A DNA stretch of 64,000 nt, taken from NCBI GenBank assembly GCA_965603825.1, contig CBFDEM010000053.1, positions 1,426,001-1,490,000 of the forward strand, written 5' to 3'. A program made the translations under genes and the position numbers. Under the pieces are notes generated by a model. The model made no database searches. It was not told the DNA's origin and was given only the letters and a program-made list of their open reading frames with translations. This document shows positions 47,101-58,240 of this stretch, piece by piece. The DNA comes from Blepharisma stoltei ATCC 30299. Its lineage: Eukaryota; Protista; Ciliophora. Numbering within the stretch: the stretch's first letter is position 1; each line of letters starts with the position of its first letter.

Positions 47101-47949
47101 ATGATGAACTATAAAAGAATCAGTTTATTATTGCTATGGCTTACCTTAGCAGTTAATGGCTTTCCTCTATATGATGGCATTGAACTAGGTTGGTCTTACC
47201 CAACTAATGAAACAGTTTCTTTTAACCTTTCAGTTCCTGTAAGCCTCATTGAGCAAAATGCTATTTCATTTCTATTTCTAGCTATTAGACCTACGAATCA
47301 GGCTACAAATTCAAGCTACATGGACGTAGTATTGGTAAATTTTACGAATGATTCAATTGAAGATGAGTTTCCAAACGAAAGAGGGTTTCCTCAGCTGGAC
47401 AAAGAATTAAATGGGACTGACGATTTATTCGATAAATCTGCAGAAATTGCAGGAGAAAATAAATATTTCACCTGGAGTCGAAACTTTTTTTCAAACGATA
47501 CAAAAGACATCAGCTTGATTCCTGGGCAATTATATGCACTTTTATGGGTTTATGGAAATATTAGTGCAAATTGAACATTCACGATAACTAAATCTGGATC
47601 TCAGCCTATAACGTTTCATAATAGTAGAATTCTTTATGGCGAAGATAAAGGCCCTATGGGCGATCATCACGGAGGTAATCAAGGTGATCAAGGTGATCAT
47701 GGTGATCATAGAGGAGATGGAGATAAAAATAATAATGATACAGATCAAGCAAATGGTAGTGGTTTTCAAGATAATGATGACTATGACTTTGACGATGATG
47801 GCTACCAAGGCAATAGTGATGATGATTCTGATAATGATTATGATTATGATGAATCTGGAAATAAAACCTTGAGAGTAAATCCACTTCTATCCGGATCAAT
47901 TGAAAGATTTCTAATGCCAATATGGATTCTATCAATATTTTTAGTTTAA
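47101..47949 (+). CDS. Secreted/surface DOMON-like protein with His/Asp/Gly-rich stalk and hydrophobic C-terminus (282 aa)
   Basis: Signal peptide, then LGW..VSFNL..MDVVLV..IED..PQLD..GTDD..FTWSR..DTKD..LLWVYG (DOMON-like). In frame through TGA 47572-47574 with ORF 47656..47949. Confidence 0.75.
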
Positions 47950-49247
47950 TTATTTTTCAATTGCCATAAAATTTAAATTGTCTAAGCATAAGGAGATCGA
48001 ATTAGGAATAATGAGTGATTTAGTTTATAGGTAAACTCTGCTGCTTTTATTATATTTAATTTTATTAAAGAATTTGTTGAAATCAAATAAATTAATGGAT
48101 CATCTCTTATTAAAATAATTTAAGAATACATTAAGTTTATTTTTTATTGATGACTACTATAGCTTTAGATATTAAGCCTGCATTGATTATTAATGCTTTT
48201 CACAAAAATATGCAAGCATTTATTTCATTTAATATTTATGGTAGTATTTCAATGTATGTCAAATAAATGAAACTGCAAGATTCCATGACTACGAGTAAGC
48301 ATTAAGAAAAGGGGAAAAGAAAGTAATTAGGAGCTATAGGATATTAAAGCAGCTTATAATAAAACCAACTCTTGCTTGTGCATTATCAGAAGTGTATCAG
48401 ATTCTTAATTTATAGTATTTTACTGTTTACAGATTAATCACTAACTAAAATTATAGCTTTATGACAAATCAAAGACATAAAATATTATTTATTCAGTATT
48501 TTTACTATCAAGACATCTTGCATGAATATACTTTGTCAAATTTATATTTTTACATGTAAAATTTAAAGAAGCCAACTTAAGCATTCTCCTTTTCAATTAA
48601 AATTTGAAACAAACTTGGTGGAGGCTATTGAAATAATAAAAAAGCAATTTTTTTTAAATTAAAATAATCATATGCTTAATTTTTGTGACTCAAACCTCAC
48701 TGCATAATTACAGGCCAAAGCAAGGCCGTTCTCATAATCTTACTTGGACTATTTCTAAAATTATTATACTCACAGATTTGCTTATCTTTTTATTAGTTTG
48801 AATTTTGCCATACTATAAAAGCTTAGATAGAAACCTCTATATCATAGTTCTGAGTTCAAATGACTTTATCTTAATTATGGAGCGATAAAAGGAGCATTTT
48901 CCTGTGTTTATGCTATGGAATTTAAAGAATAAATATTATAAATGAGGTTTTTTAAATAGATCTAAAGATTTGATCATAGATGCTACTTTCTAAAAGCTCA
49001 AAGTAAGTTTATGTATAGCCCTGAATCATTTTTGATCCTTCAAGCTAGTCGATTTTACGCTTTTGGCCAATATATTAATGATAGAAAACGTAACCATCAA
49101 ATGGGCTAAGGCCAAATTTCTTTGGAAACTTACCAAACCCAAATGATTGTTATACTTTTGGTGGATTAAAGTCCAAAAGCTTTTAAGATAATCCATAAGG
49201 TGCTCGAGTTATAAAATTAATTTAAATATAATAAAGATTATAATAAA

Positions 49248-49712
49248 CTAATATTCAATAGCAGCTTTAAACAACAAGCCTCCTAATCCCAAATTATTAT
49301 CGACGATAATGTGCAAGTAATTATCTCCTTGAACAGTTTTTGAAAGCATATCAATTTCAGTTAAAAAGTGGGAGGTTTCGGATTTCATCGCTACTAGCCT
49401 TCCATTAAGGAATATGGTAAAATTGTCATCACCGGAAATTGTAATGTAAGATTTAGTAGGAATTCCAGGAACAGTAAAGAACCTCATAAATAGCGCAACT
49501 CCAGGTGTTACATTATCCGTCTTATCTCAAATTCAATTTGATCCATACATAGTTGGTCAATCTAGAGAAATCTCTGCAGGTATCACTGCTTCAACTTTTT
49601 GGCCGGATTGAAATGTATATACAGCCCCATCACTAACGAAACTCAAAGTTGTTGCAGATATTTGTTGGCATAACAAGAAACATAAAACTAGAAAAGATAA
49701 GAGTTTAGACAT
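49248..49712 (-). CDS. Secreted CBM67/rhamnosidase-N-like beta-sandwich lectin, copy 1 (154 aa)
   Basis: ATG 49712, signal peptide, FVSD, GSNWIWD (both W = TGA), ISGDDNFTIFLNG, QGDN and GGLLFK. Confidence 0.75.
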
Positions 49713-50587
49713 TTATTATATGAATTGAGCCTATTTTTTAAAGTGAAGCCATCTTTGTGAGCAAAAATGTAAGTGCTTCTAATTTAATCAAAAAATCAAA
49801 TTTTATCGATACTTTGCCAATTTCTTAAATAATTCTAGTTATATAAGAAAAAAGGAGTATTAGGATTAAAATTTCTTAAATCTTGATCATTTATTCCTTG
49901 AGACTTTTCTAGGGCCAAATGAAGTTATTTACTATATAACTTCGAATTTTGTGATGCTAGTCTCGTAGAGCTTGATATTAATTATACAAAACGGTCTTTC
50001 TAGATGCAATCTTTTCGAGTTTATTTAATTCTGGGTGTCAAGCTTACTCAAAATTACTCTTTGCAAGAGAACTGTCGCTTATATAGCATCTGATAAAACA
50101 AAATATTCCTTCTAGATTAGCTAATTTTAAGTAATTATCAATATAACATATTTAATTATTTTAAGAAAATATTTTATATATCCTCAAAAATAATTAAAGC
50201 ATAGAATTTATTTTGGTTCAAAAATATTTGCTCCCTTTATTTAATTTGTAATTTTGCAAATGCATAAAAATGGATGTTTCATTCCTTCTTTAAGATTGTA
50301 ATAAGTTTATTATGGTTATGTTTTATAAAATTTAATAAAGTTATAAAATAAAAAGAAGATATAATTTAGATTACCATCAATTTATTGGAATCATTATTGA
50401 TATAAAATTTGCTATTTTTATGCTTAAAAGTGATATTTTAAATAATAAATAAATTTCAAATTAAGTTCCATTTTCCCTTAGAATGATAATTCATTTTATC
50501 TAAAATTATTATTGCTTATAAAAGCCTAATATCAAAAGTTGACGAAATTAAAATTAAATATTTATAAGGCAAATTTAAGCCAATCAG

Positions 50588-51091
50588 TTAATTATAAGTG
50601 ATGGCCAGTTTAAAGAGAAGCCCAGCAGGGTTGTCATAAACACCTGAGCCTGCTTGAGCCCAGTTAAGGACTACAACTTGAACCACGTTTCTCCCTTGAA
50701 TTGTTCTGCTGAGTAAATCAAAGGTCACTGTTTTTCTTCCTCCGTATGCTAAATCTTGGCTAGCCCCAATAAAGTTTCCATTGAGAAAGATTGCATAGCT
50801 GTTGTCAGCTGAAAAAGTGAGGAAAGATGAAGTTGGGAATCCAGCAACATTGAATTCCTTTTGGAATGCATAAGACTCTTCTGCAGTTGGATTTTCTATC
50901 AAATAGCTTTTCCAAATCCATTTGGCGCCTGGTACTGAAGCCCAGAGCGAATGTACCCAAGTTCCAACGGCGTTGCCAATATAGTTACGACCTTCAACAG
51001 TCCATGACTCATCGCTGACGACTTCAAGGTACCCAGCTGATGCTGGTGATAGAAAAGCAAGAAGAGCCACCAAAACAAAATATTGACGCAT
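50588..51091 (-). CDS. Secreted CBM67/rhamnosidase-N-like lectin, copy 2 (167 aa)
   Basis: Signal peptide, VSDESW, GAKWIW, F.KEF, SADNSYAIFLNG, QGRN and NPAGLLFK. Confidence 0.82.
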   Translation of the reverse strand: MRQYFVLVALLAFLSPASAGYLEVVSDESWTVEGRNYIGNAVGTWVHSLWASVPGAKWIWKSYLIENPTAEESYAFQKEFNVAGFPTSSFLTFSADNSYAIFLNGNFIGASQDLAYGGRKTVTFDLLSRTIQGRNVVQVVVLNWAQAGSGVYDNPAGLLFKLAITYN

Positions 51092-52354
51092 ATTTATTAT
51101 TAAAGGATGATGTCGACGATTAAAAATGGATTCTAATGATATTTATGCATTTAAGGAGAAAGTCTTAGGAGTTTTGATAAGCATTTCAGCTTATTTGAAC
51201 ATAATTAATAATAATTACTTGATTAATTATTCTTATTCGAATTAATCTTTTGAATAATTTGACAATTTAAAAGTTTCCTCTTGAATTAATGGTAGGGGAG
51301 ATGAGTTAAATTCAAAATTTATTTTGAAAGGAATTAGAAGAATTATTTTTTGTTCTATGTTTTTAATTAATTAACTATTTCTTATTTTTGTTTCTCCAAA
51401 TACGCAGGCAAAAAATTTTGCTTTTCTCTTATATTATTTGTCTTTTGATATCTATGCTAATTTTTATTTTATAAAAACTCTTAGAACTAAAATTTTGATC
51501 TAAGAGGAATATTAAAAGTTTAATGCTCTGTGATAGTGAGAATTTATCATTTAAGGCATCTAATTTTAAATTTCTAAGACGCATACATGGCTTATTAACC
51601 GTTTAAATTTTTATATTTTTGCTTTTCAAAATCCCATATATTTTAGAATTTTATGTTTGCGCAGGACTCATTGCAAAGTGGTTCTCAATATCACATTGCT
51701 CATTAGTAGTAATATTATTCACTTATAATTTATTTGATAAATTCTTTTTAACGCACTAATTTATCTTGAAACTAATCAGCCAAGTTTATATCTCTATCGC
51801 CTTTACATAATTTAGCATAGACATTAATTCCTCATCTTTTAAAAATTAATAATTTTCTTTAAAATAGAAGCTAATAATTTTTACTTTCTCTTTAATTTTG
51901 GATTATTCACTACTATTTTTTATTCTCTTATATTCTATTCCTGATTAACTTAGCTTATTTCCCAATTTTAATAAATTAAAACTTAATACGCTCTTGGAGT
52001 CTCAAAATGATATTTATCTATAAATCTGTTTCAATTTTTATTTGATTTTTGTTTTATCTTAATTAGCCTATATCCAAGTATTTTATTTACTTCAAATTCT
52101 TATGAAATCTATTCTCAATCAAGATTAGATATTTTGCATAGCCTACTTTATATGATTATAGACTACTGTTTTGAAGTCGCCAGTGCCCTTGAACACATTA
52201 CCATTAGCAAGAACAAGAAGCGCTTTCGTATATTAGCTTAAAATTCTCCATTTTAAATAATTATCCTAATAAAAACCTAATATCAAATTGTTGAGTTAAT
52301 TACTCAATCGAGCAGTATTAATAGAATTGTCGAATTTAGAATTGAGCCAATTAT

Positions 52355-52864
52355 TTAATTAAAATTGACTGTCAATTTAAAGAGTAGCCCTGCAGGGTTG
52401 GAATAAGAATTTCCTCCTCCTTGAGCGTAATTAGTAACAATAACTTGCACAACGTTTCTGCCTTGAATTGTTTTACTTAGTAAATCAAATGTTTTTGCTC
52501 TGCCAAAGCTTCCATCTTGCGTAGCTGCAACAAAATTTCCATTGAGAATAATTGCAAAGTTATTGTCAGCTGCAACGGTAAGGAGAGAAGAAGTTGGAAA
52601 TCCAAAGATATCGAATTCCTTTACGAACATATATGACTCTTCACCACCTGGATTTTCTATTAAAGTGCTTTTCCAAATCCATTTTGCGCCAGGAATTGAA
52701 GTCCATGCTGAATGAACCCAAGTTCCAACTGATTTTCCAATATAACGAGAGCCTTCAACAGTTCATGACTCATCGCTAACAATATCAACGCTTCCAGCTG
52801 AAACTGGAACAGCTGATGAATGAAGTAAAGCGAAAAGAGCTAATAGTGCCCAAATCTGATTCAT
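52355..52864 (-). CDS. Secreted CBM67/rhamnosidase-N-like lectin, copy 3 (169 aa)
   Basis: ATG 52864. VSDESW uses TGA (52763-52765) where copy 2 has TGG; otherwise collinear with copy 2. Confidence 0.82.
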
Positions 52865-53208
52865 ATTTATTATCAATTAATAGCGAATGAATTAATCACA
52901 TTATATGGTTAAACAGAATAAAGTATATTTTTAATGTAATTGTCGACAATAATTAAGATAAATAGAAATCTTTTAAACTAAAGCTTAATTGAAGTATAGG
53001 TATAAAAAAAATTAACTTTCTTCAATTCTTGTAATCTCAGAATATTTCTTATTAGTTTATTCAAGTTTTGGGAATATTAAATTGCAAGTGCATAAAATTT
53101 ATTGCAGAATTAGTTTGTTGGTCAAAGATGGCCTTAAAAATTCAAATTTTTACTTAAATTTATATGAAAATGACCGCGTAATCGATTAAATAATATATTT
53201 AGATATTA

Positions 53209-53716
53209 TTATATATTAAGCCACGTTAATTTCAACTTAAATAGAAGTCCACCAGGGTTGGTATAAATATCTTTATTTTCTCTAGCATAATTCGTGACAA
53301 CAACTTGAACCACATTTCTTCCTTGAACTGTTCTACTAATTAAACCATAGGTTTGAGCCATCCCTTCATTTCAGAATTGAGTTGCTACTATAAAGTTCCC
53401 ATTGAAAATAAGTGTATAGCTATTGTCGCCAGCAATGGAAAGTAAAGACTGAGTGGGGGATCCATTAACATTAAATTCTTTTTGGAACATATATGACTCT
53501 CCAGATTCCGGATATTCAACAAAGACGCTTTTTCATATCCATTTTGCACCAGGAATTGTTGTTCATTGGGGGGTGTCTCCAAGCCGCAACTGCTTTACCC
53601 ATATAATTTGTACCTTGAACATTCCAGGATTCATCACTTACAATTTCTGCGCTTTTATAAGATACTGAGCAAGATAGAAAAGCAAAGCTTATCAATAAGA
53701 CAAGATGCTTAGACAT
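53209..53716 (-). pseudogene. CBM67-like lectin copy 4 with a +1 frameshift in a C6 run
   Basis: Frame 1 reads MSKHLVLL..VSDESWNVQG..WRHP. Deleting one base of the run at 53568-53573 restores QWTTIPGAKWIWKS..GDNSYTLIFNG..NPGGLLFK to TAA 53209-53211. Confidence 0.7.
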
Positions 53717-53848
53717 CTCTATATAATTAAAAATATAGACAATCTGATTTTGCAATAAATATTAACTTTTAATGTTGCTCAATTTAGGATCAATAATTTA
53801 TATTTTTGTATACTTGTTAAATTTAATATATATACGTATAAATATATT

Positions 53849-54889
53849 TTACTTGCCATCTATTTCTGCGACAAGAGCAACTTCATCAGCAGCTTTTTCA
53901 TTTTCCTTTCTAGCAAGATCAAGTATCAGGGTTTTTATTTTATTTAATTCCTCTCTCAACTTGCTATTTTCGTCTCTCAAAGCCTTGAGTTGTTGCTCTT
54001 GACTGTATTTCTCACAAAATATAATTGGCCCAGTATGAGTTGTACGGATTTCCCACAATTTTCCTTGCTTTTTCTTTAATTTTAATTTTTTTCTTATTAA
54101 AGTTTTGGACTCAATCTTTACATCAGTCCTATCAAGCTCTTCAAGTCATAAATTGGTAAGAATTTGAGTTCTTGAGTCCTTGATTTTAATCATACAAGGA
54201 TTATTCATTATAGAAAGCTTAGAAAGCCTATGCAATTTCTTTAATGTTCTAATTACAAGGCTGAAAACAAGCAAAGAATTTCCATTTAGATTTAGCTCTG
54301 TCAGCCTTTTACATTCAGCTAGCGGAGAAATGTCTTTGATTTTGTTTTTGGATGCCTTAAAAACTCTCAGTTTTTGCAAATTACTTAAAGGCTCAACATC
54401 AGTGACACTATTTTTGCTGACATTTAAATATACAAGATTTTTGCACTCCCCAATGCCTTTTAAACTCGTTAAGTAGTTTTCTGACAAGTCAAGATTTTCC
54501 AAATTAGTAAGCTTGCTTATATCAAATCTATCATTTGAACCAAATACGCTTAAACCTCTCTTGCTTAAATTCAATTCTCTTAAATCCGAAAGAAAAGAAG
54601 TTTTAGCAATCCTCAGAATTCTTTCTTCAGACAACTTTCCTATCTCGCTCAAAGGATTTTCTGGGATTTTAATTGATGTTAAAATCACATCTAAATCTCT
54701 TGAAGATTGCCATGATGGAATTCCAATGCAATCTTCAGACGAACTCGGGTAACTATCAAAGGATGGCGCTGAACTTTTGGTGTCAGGGTCTTTTAAATAG
54801 CTGACGTGGACTTTGTCCATATGAATTTCAAGCTCTCTTCTTGTGTCAAAAGACTGCTCATCAAATGGACAGCAAAAGCTTTTATTCAT
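53849..54889 (-). CDS. C2H2-like zinc finger + leucine-rich repeat + coiled-coil protein (346 aa)
   Basis: CPFD..F....L..H...VH at the N-terminus, then LRRs and cap NNPC. TGA 54146-54148 is read through in frame into ORF 53849..54058. Confidence 0.8.
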
Positions 54890-55011
54890 GAAATTATTAC
54901 AAGAAAAATATATTTAGTGGATTAAATATGGAGCTGCATTTTACTAGATATTCTAATTGATTGTATACAAAAAATTTACTAAGTGATTTAGAAAGTAAAA
55001 ATTAAAATTAG

Positions 55012-55063
55012 TAGAAATTGCCCGAGGATGGCGCTATTTTGCGCCATCCTCGGGCAATTTCTA
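55012..55063. repeat. Perfect 23-bp inverted repeat with 6-nt spacer
   Basis: tagaaattgcccgaggatggcgc-tatttt-gcgccatcctcgggcaatttcta; the arms 55012-55034 and 55041-55063 are exact reverse complements. Confidence 0.97.
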
Positions 55064-55131
55064 TATCAAAAATTTCTTCCATTGGGAGACAAACCTTAAA
55101 AAAAAGAGAGATTTAATCGAAATCTTTTTCA

Positions 55132-55578
55132 TTACTTTTTTGTAAATTGAAGAGATGCCCCATTAATGCAATATCGAATTCCTGTTGCAGTAGGTCCATC
55201 ATCAAAAACATGACCCAAGTGGGCATCGCAGTTTTGACATCTCACCTCTGTTCTTTGCATCCCATGAGTACTGTCATGAAGATTTTTAATTTGGTTAGCG
55301 TCCATCGGAGCATCAAAAGCAGGCCAGCCACATCCTGAGTTAAACTTTGATTGAGAGGAAAAAAGTTGTACCCCGCAAACGACACAATTGTAAATTCCAG
55401 ATTCATGATGATCGGTGTATTCTGATGTGAATGGGTATTCCGTGAAGCTTTCTTGAGTCACTTTATATTGCAGAGGAGTTAAACGCTTTCTTAGACTTTC
55501 TTTGTCTTCCATTGCTATAGGAGATTTATTGTCAGATGAGAAGGACCTAAGGAAAATATGTCTTAATCTGCTTATCAT
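55132..55578 (-). CDS. MSRB: Peptide methionine sulfoxide reductase B (Cys-type, Zn-binding, mitochondrial presequence)
   Basis: LTPLQYKVTQ..TE.PF, CVVC, KFNSGCGWPAF, RTEV.CQNCDAHLGHVFDDGP and RYCING. Confidence 0.95.
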   Translation of the reverse strand: MISRLRHIFLRSFSSDNKSPIAMEDKESLRKRLTPLQYKVTQESFTEYPFTSEYTDHHESGIYNCVVCGVQLFSSQSKFNSGCGWPAFDAPMDANQIKNLHDSTHGMQRTEVRCQNCDAHLGHVFDDGPTATGIRYCINGASLQFTKK

Positions 55579-55746
55579 AAAATTTATTAATTTTCTGGAA
55601 TTTAATTGTTTTTTTGTTGGAGAAGAGTAATTAAATATTTTAATGCTGGGCAAGACTGTCAGGCAAATATTAGCAATTCTTTAATTAATTTTAAAAATTC
55701 ATTCACAATAATTCCATATAAATTAGGAGAAATTATATTAAATTCA

Positions 55747-56970
55747 TTAAGCATCTATTTTCTTGGATATAATTATCTTTTCGATAGCTTTTCTATTCAA
55801 GTCAAATTCATAAATAGACCTATCTTCATATATCATTGATGAGTGTGCCCCAGTGCTTAAGACTAAAACAGGTGTTTGATTTTTTGGTAATTCGCATTTT
55901 TTCATAAATATCGATCAGTTGAACGGGTCTTCAACATTGCTCTCAAAAACTCATCCTTGTGAAATTGCAATATAAGCTCTATCAATTATTGTAAAAATCA
56001 CTTTTGAATTAAAGTAATTCTGCCACTTGTACTTAAATCTCAAAATATTTGTGTGATTATCTAAAATAGGATCATAAATAAAAGCCTGTTCAATTGATCC
56101 TGTATACAAAATTTTATTTCTGAAAACTGTGCAATTTAAATCATAGCAACCAGAAGTTTGCAGCTTATTTGGAGCTAAAAATTTTCATCTTTGTGTCTGC
56201 AAATCATATTTTTCACAGTAGCTCTTCACCCTATGTCCTCTTCCAATTAAATAGATGCAACCGTCTAAATACGAAATTCCAGAGTCTTTGGAATGCATAC
56301 CTTTGCGTACAATTTCAATATTTTTGGAATTATGCATGATAAATGCTATTTTTGGGTATAACGTGTAGCTATGATTTCTAAAGGCAAACAAAACATTATT
56401 AGGAAGAATGCATAAGCTGAATTCCATGTGTTTTTGTATGCCCATTCGGTTTTTTATTTTCGTGATAGATTTGTATGAGTTCAAAAGTATATTTTTCGCT
56501 TGGTGATGGTCAATTTTTAAATCTTGTAAATTTATATTATCATTTTTGGATGAATTTAATAATGGGTGAAAGTTATAAGGGCTGAAATTATAGTTTTTTT
56601 CGTTTTCAAAACTTATACATTCTTTCTCTAAATTCAATAAATTGAGAGATTCTAAGTATTGCGATTTTAGATGATCTAAATGTGACAGATTATAATTTAG
56701 TGTATTTGCTATTTGCATAATGTCACTCTTAGCTTTGTTTATAAGTGTTGATTTTTGAGAGCAAATTCATTCAATTTTGGAATTTATTTCTTCAAAATTT
56801 TCGCGTTGAGTTTTCATAAAATTTTCTTCTTTATAATATGCTAAGTGATGGTTGGAAGATGTTTCATTCAAGTGGCATAATAAATGACTAAAGCAAATAG
56901 GCAAAACTTTTGAGCTACAAGTACATCAGCAATCAATCTTATTTGAGCACCCTAAATAAAAGCACCCCAT
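55747..56970 (-). CDS. Cys/His-rich N-terminus + coiled coil + degenerate Kelch-repeat protein (407 aa)
   Basis: ATG 56970 begins MGCFYLGCSNKIDCWCTC..IC..HL..H. IYLIG..YCEKYDLQTQRWKILAP has W = TGA. Open to TAA 55747-55749 with five TGA codons. Confidence 0.75.
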
Positions 56971-57211
56971 TTATATATTACCAATAAAATATTAAACTAG
57001 GATTTTAATTAAATTTAGCTGGGCTTTATAAATAAATTACTTGGCAAACGCAATATTTTCAGACTTATATATTAACAATCATATCTGAAAATAAATAACT
57101 ATTTTATAATTAAGCGCTTTAAATAAGCTTTCTGATAGTTAGAAAAGCTTAAATTTTATGGCATTTTATAACATTTCTATTAATTTTTATCGTCATATTT
57201 ATATTATAATT

Positions 57212-58045
57212 ATGAGTCAATCTACAACGTTGGATTTTTTAAGACCCAAATTAGCAATTTTAATTCAAATAAAGAAGCGACAATTGCAAAGAGCCTATCT
57301 CAAATGATATAACGAAGCCTTAAGAAAAGTTATGGCAGAGAAGCACGGTAAATTAAAAGCATATACATTGAAATTGTTAAACAAACGAAGTCCAGTTAGA
57401 CCCTCAAAAGTAGGATTAAAATCCGTTAAATTCCCTGAAGCTCTGGAAAGTGAAGAAATTGATGCACCAGCTCTAATCTATACAGATCGACTAAAAATAT
57501 CCCCAACAGAAAAGCAATTACTAATAAATACTTTTGACATATCTAAAGAAAATAAGCATGACTCTGCCCTAAGTACGAAAGCGAGCACCCCTGATAATAA
57601 GCATTACATAAAGCGTAACAGCAGTGCTCCTTCAAAATCTCCTAAAAATTTATTTGACAAAATCCGTAACGATTTACAGCAAAAAGCTAGTAGACCTGAT
57701 ACGCCTACTGATCAAAAACCAATAGAAATTGGTGAAAGACTTTTTAGGCACGCTGAAATTATTAATAAAAAGAAAGAAATTTTAAGAAATAGCAACAAAA
57801 TCAACTATCCTTTCTCACCAAAAATATCAGACAGCACAAATAAATGACTAATTAAGCGAGAATACAGAATTAATAAACCGAAAGAAGACCCAATAGCAAT
57901 TGTATCTTGTGCGGAGGCAATGAGTGATCGAGTGAGTCGGCTTGGATTTTTAAGGACAATGAATCCGAATTTTAATTTAATTGAACAGAATGAAGATTTA
58001 GTAGAAAATTATCCACCTTCAAGCTATGATGAGAGGTATATTTAA
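57212..58045 (+). CDS. Hypothetical protein (3' end uncertain)
   Basis: ATG 57212 is in frame with ORF 57332 through two TGA codons. TAA 58043-58045 sits inside a possible 15-nt intron (gtatatttaAcacag, 58036-58050). Confidence 0.7.
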
Positions 58046-58240
58046 CACAGAACCAATGTAAACGTAATTAATATGAATTTTAGTTATAAAAGCACTAACT
58101 GATGTATTTAATCAGCTTATAATTCAATTCTGAAAATTTAAATGAAAATAATAAAATATTCGAAGAAATAAAGAGTTAATTTAATCTATTGAGAAAATGC
58201 TCGTTATTTCTCGACGGAAAAGAGGGTTTTCTTGCAATTT

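Noticed and set aside
55012-55063. Rho-independent terminator
   Set aside because: Eukaryotic nuclear context, and no U-tract follows the stem.
55012-55578. Hairpin downstream of MsrB as a SECIS element (selenoprotein MsrB)
   Set aside because: The catalytic residue is Cys (RYCING, TGC), the gene has no TGA, and a perfect stem lacks the AUGA/GA kink-turn of a SECIS.
57124-57152. Short imperfect inverted repeats (also near 23044-23062 and 59707-59722)
   Set aside because: Stems of 6-10 bp are expected by chance in AT-rich DNA.
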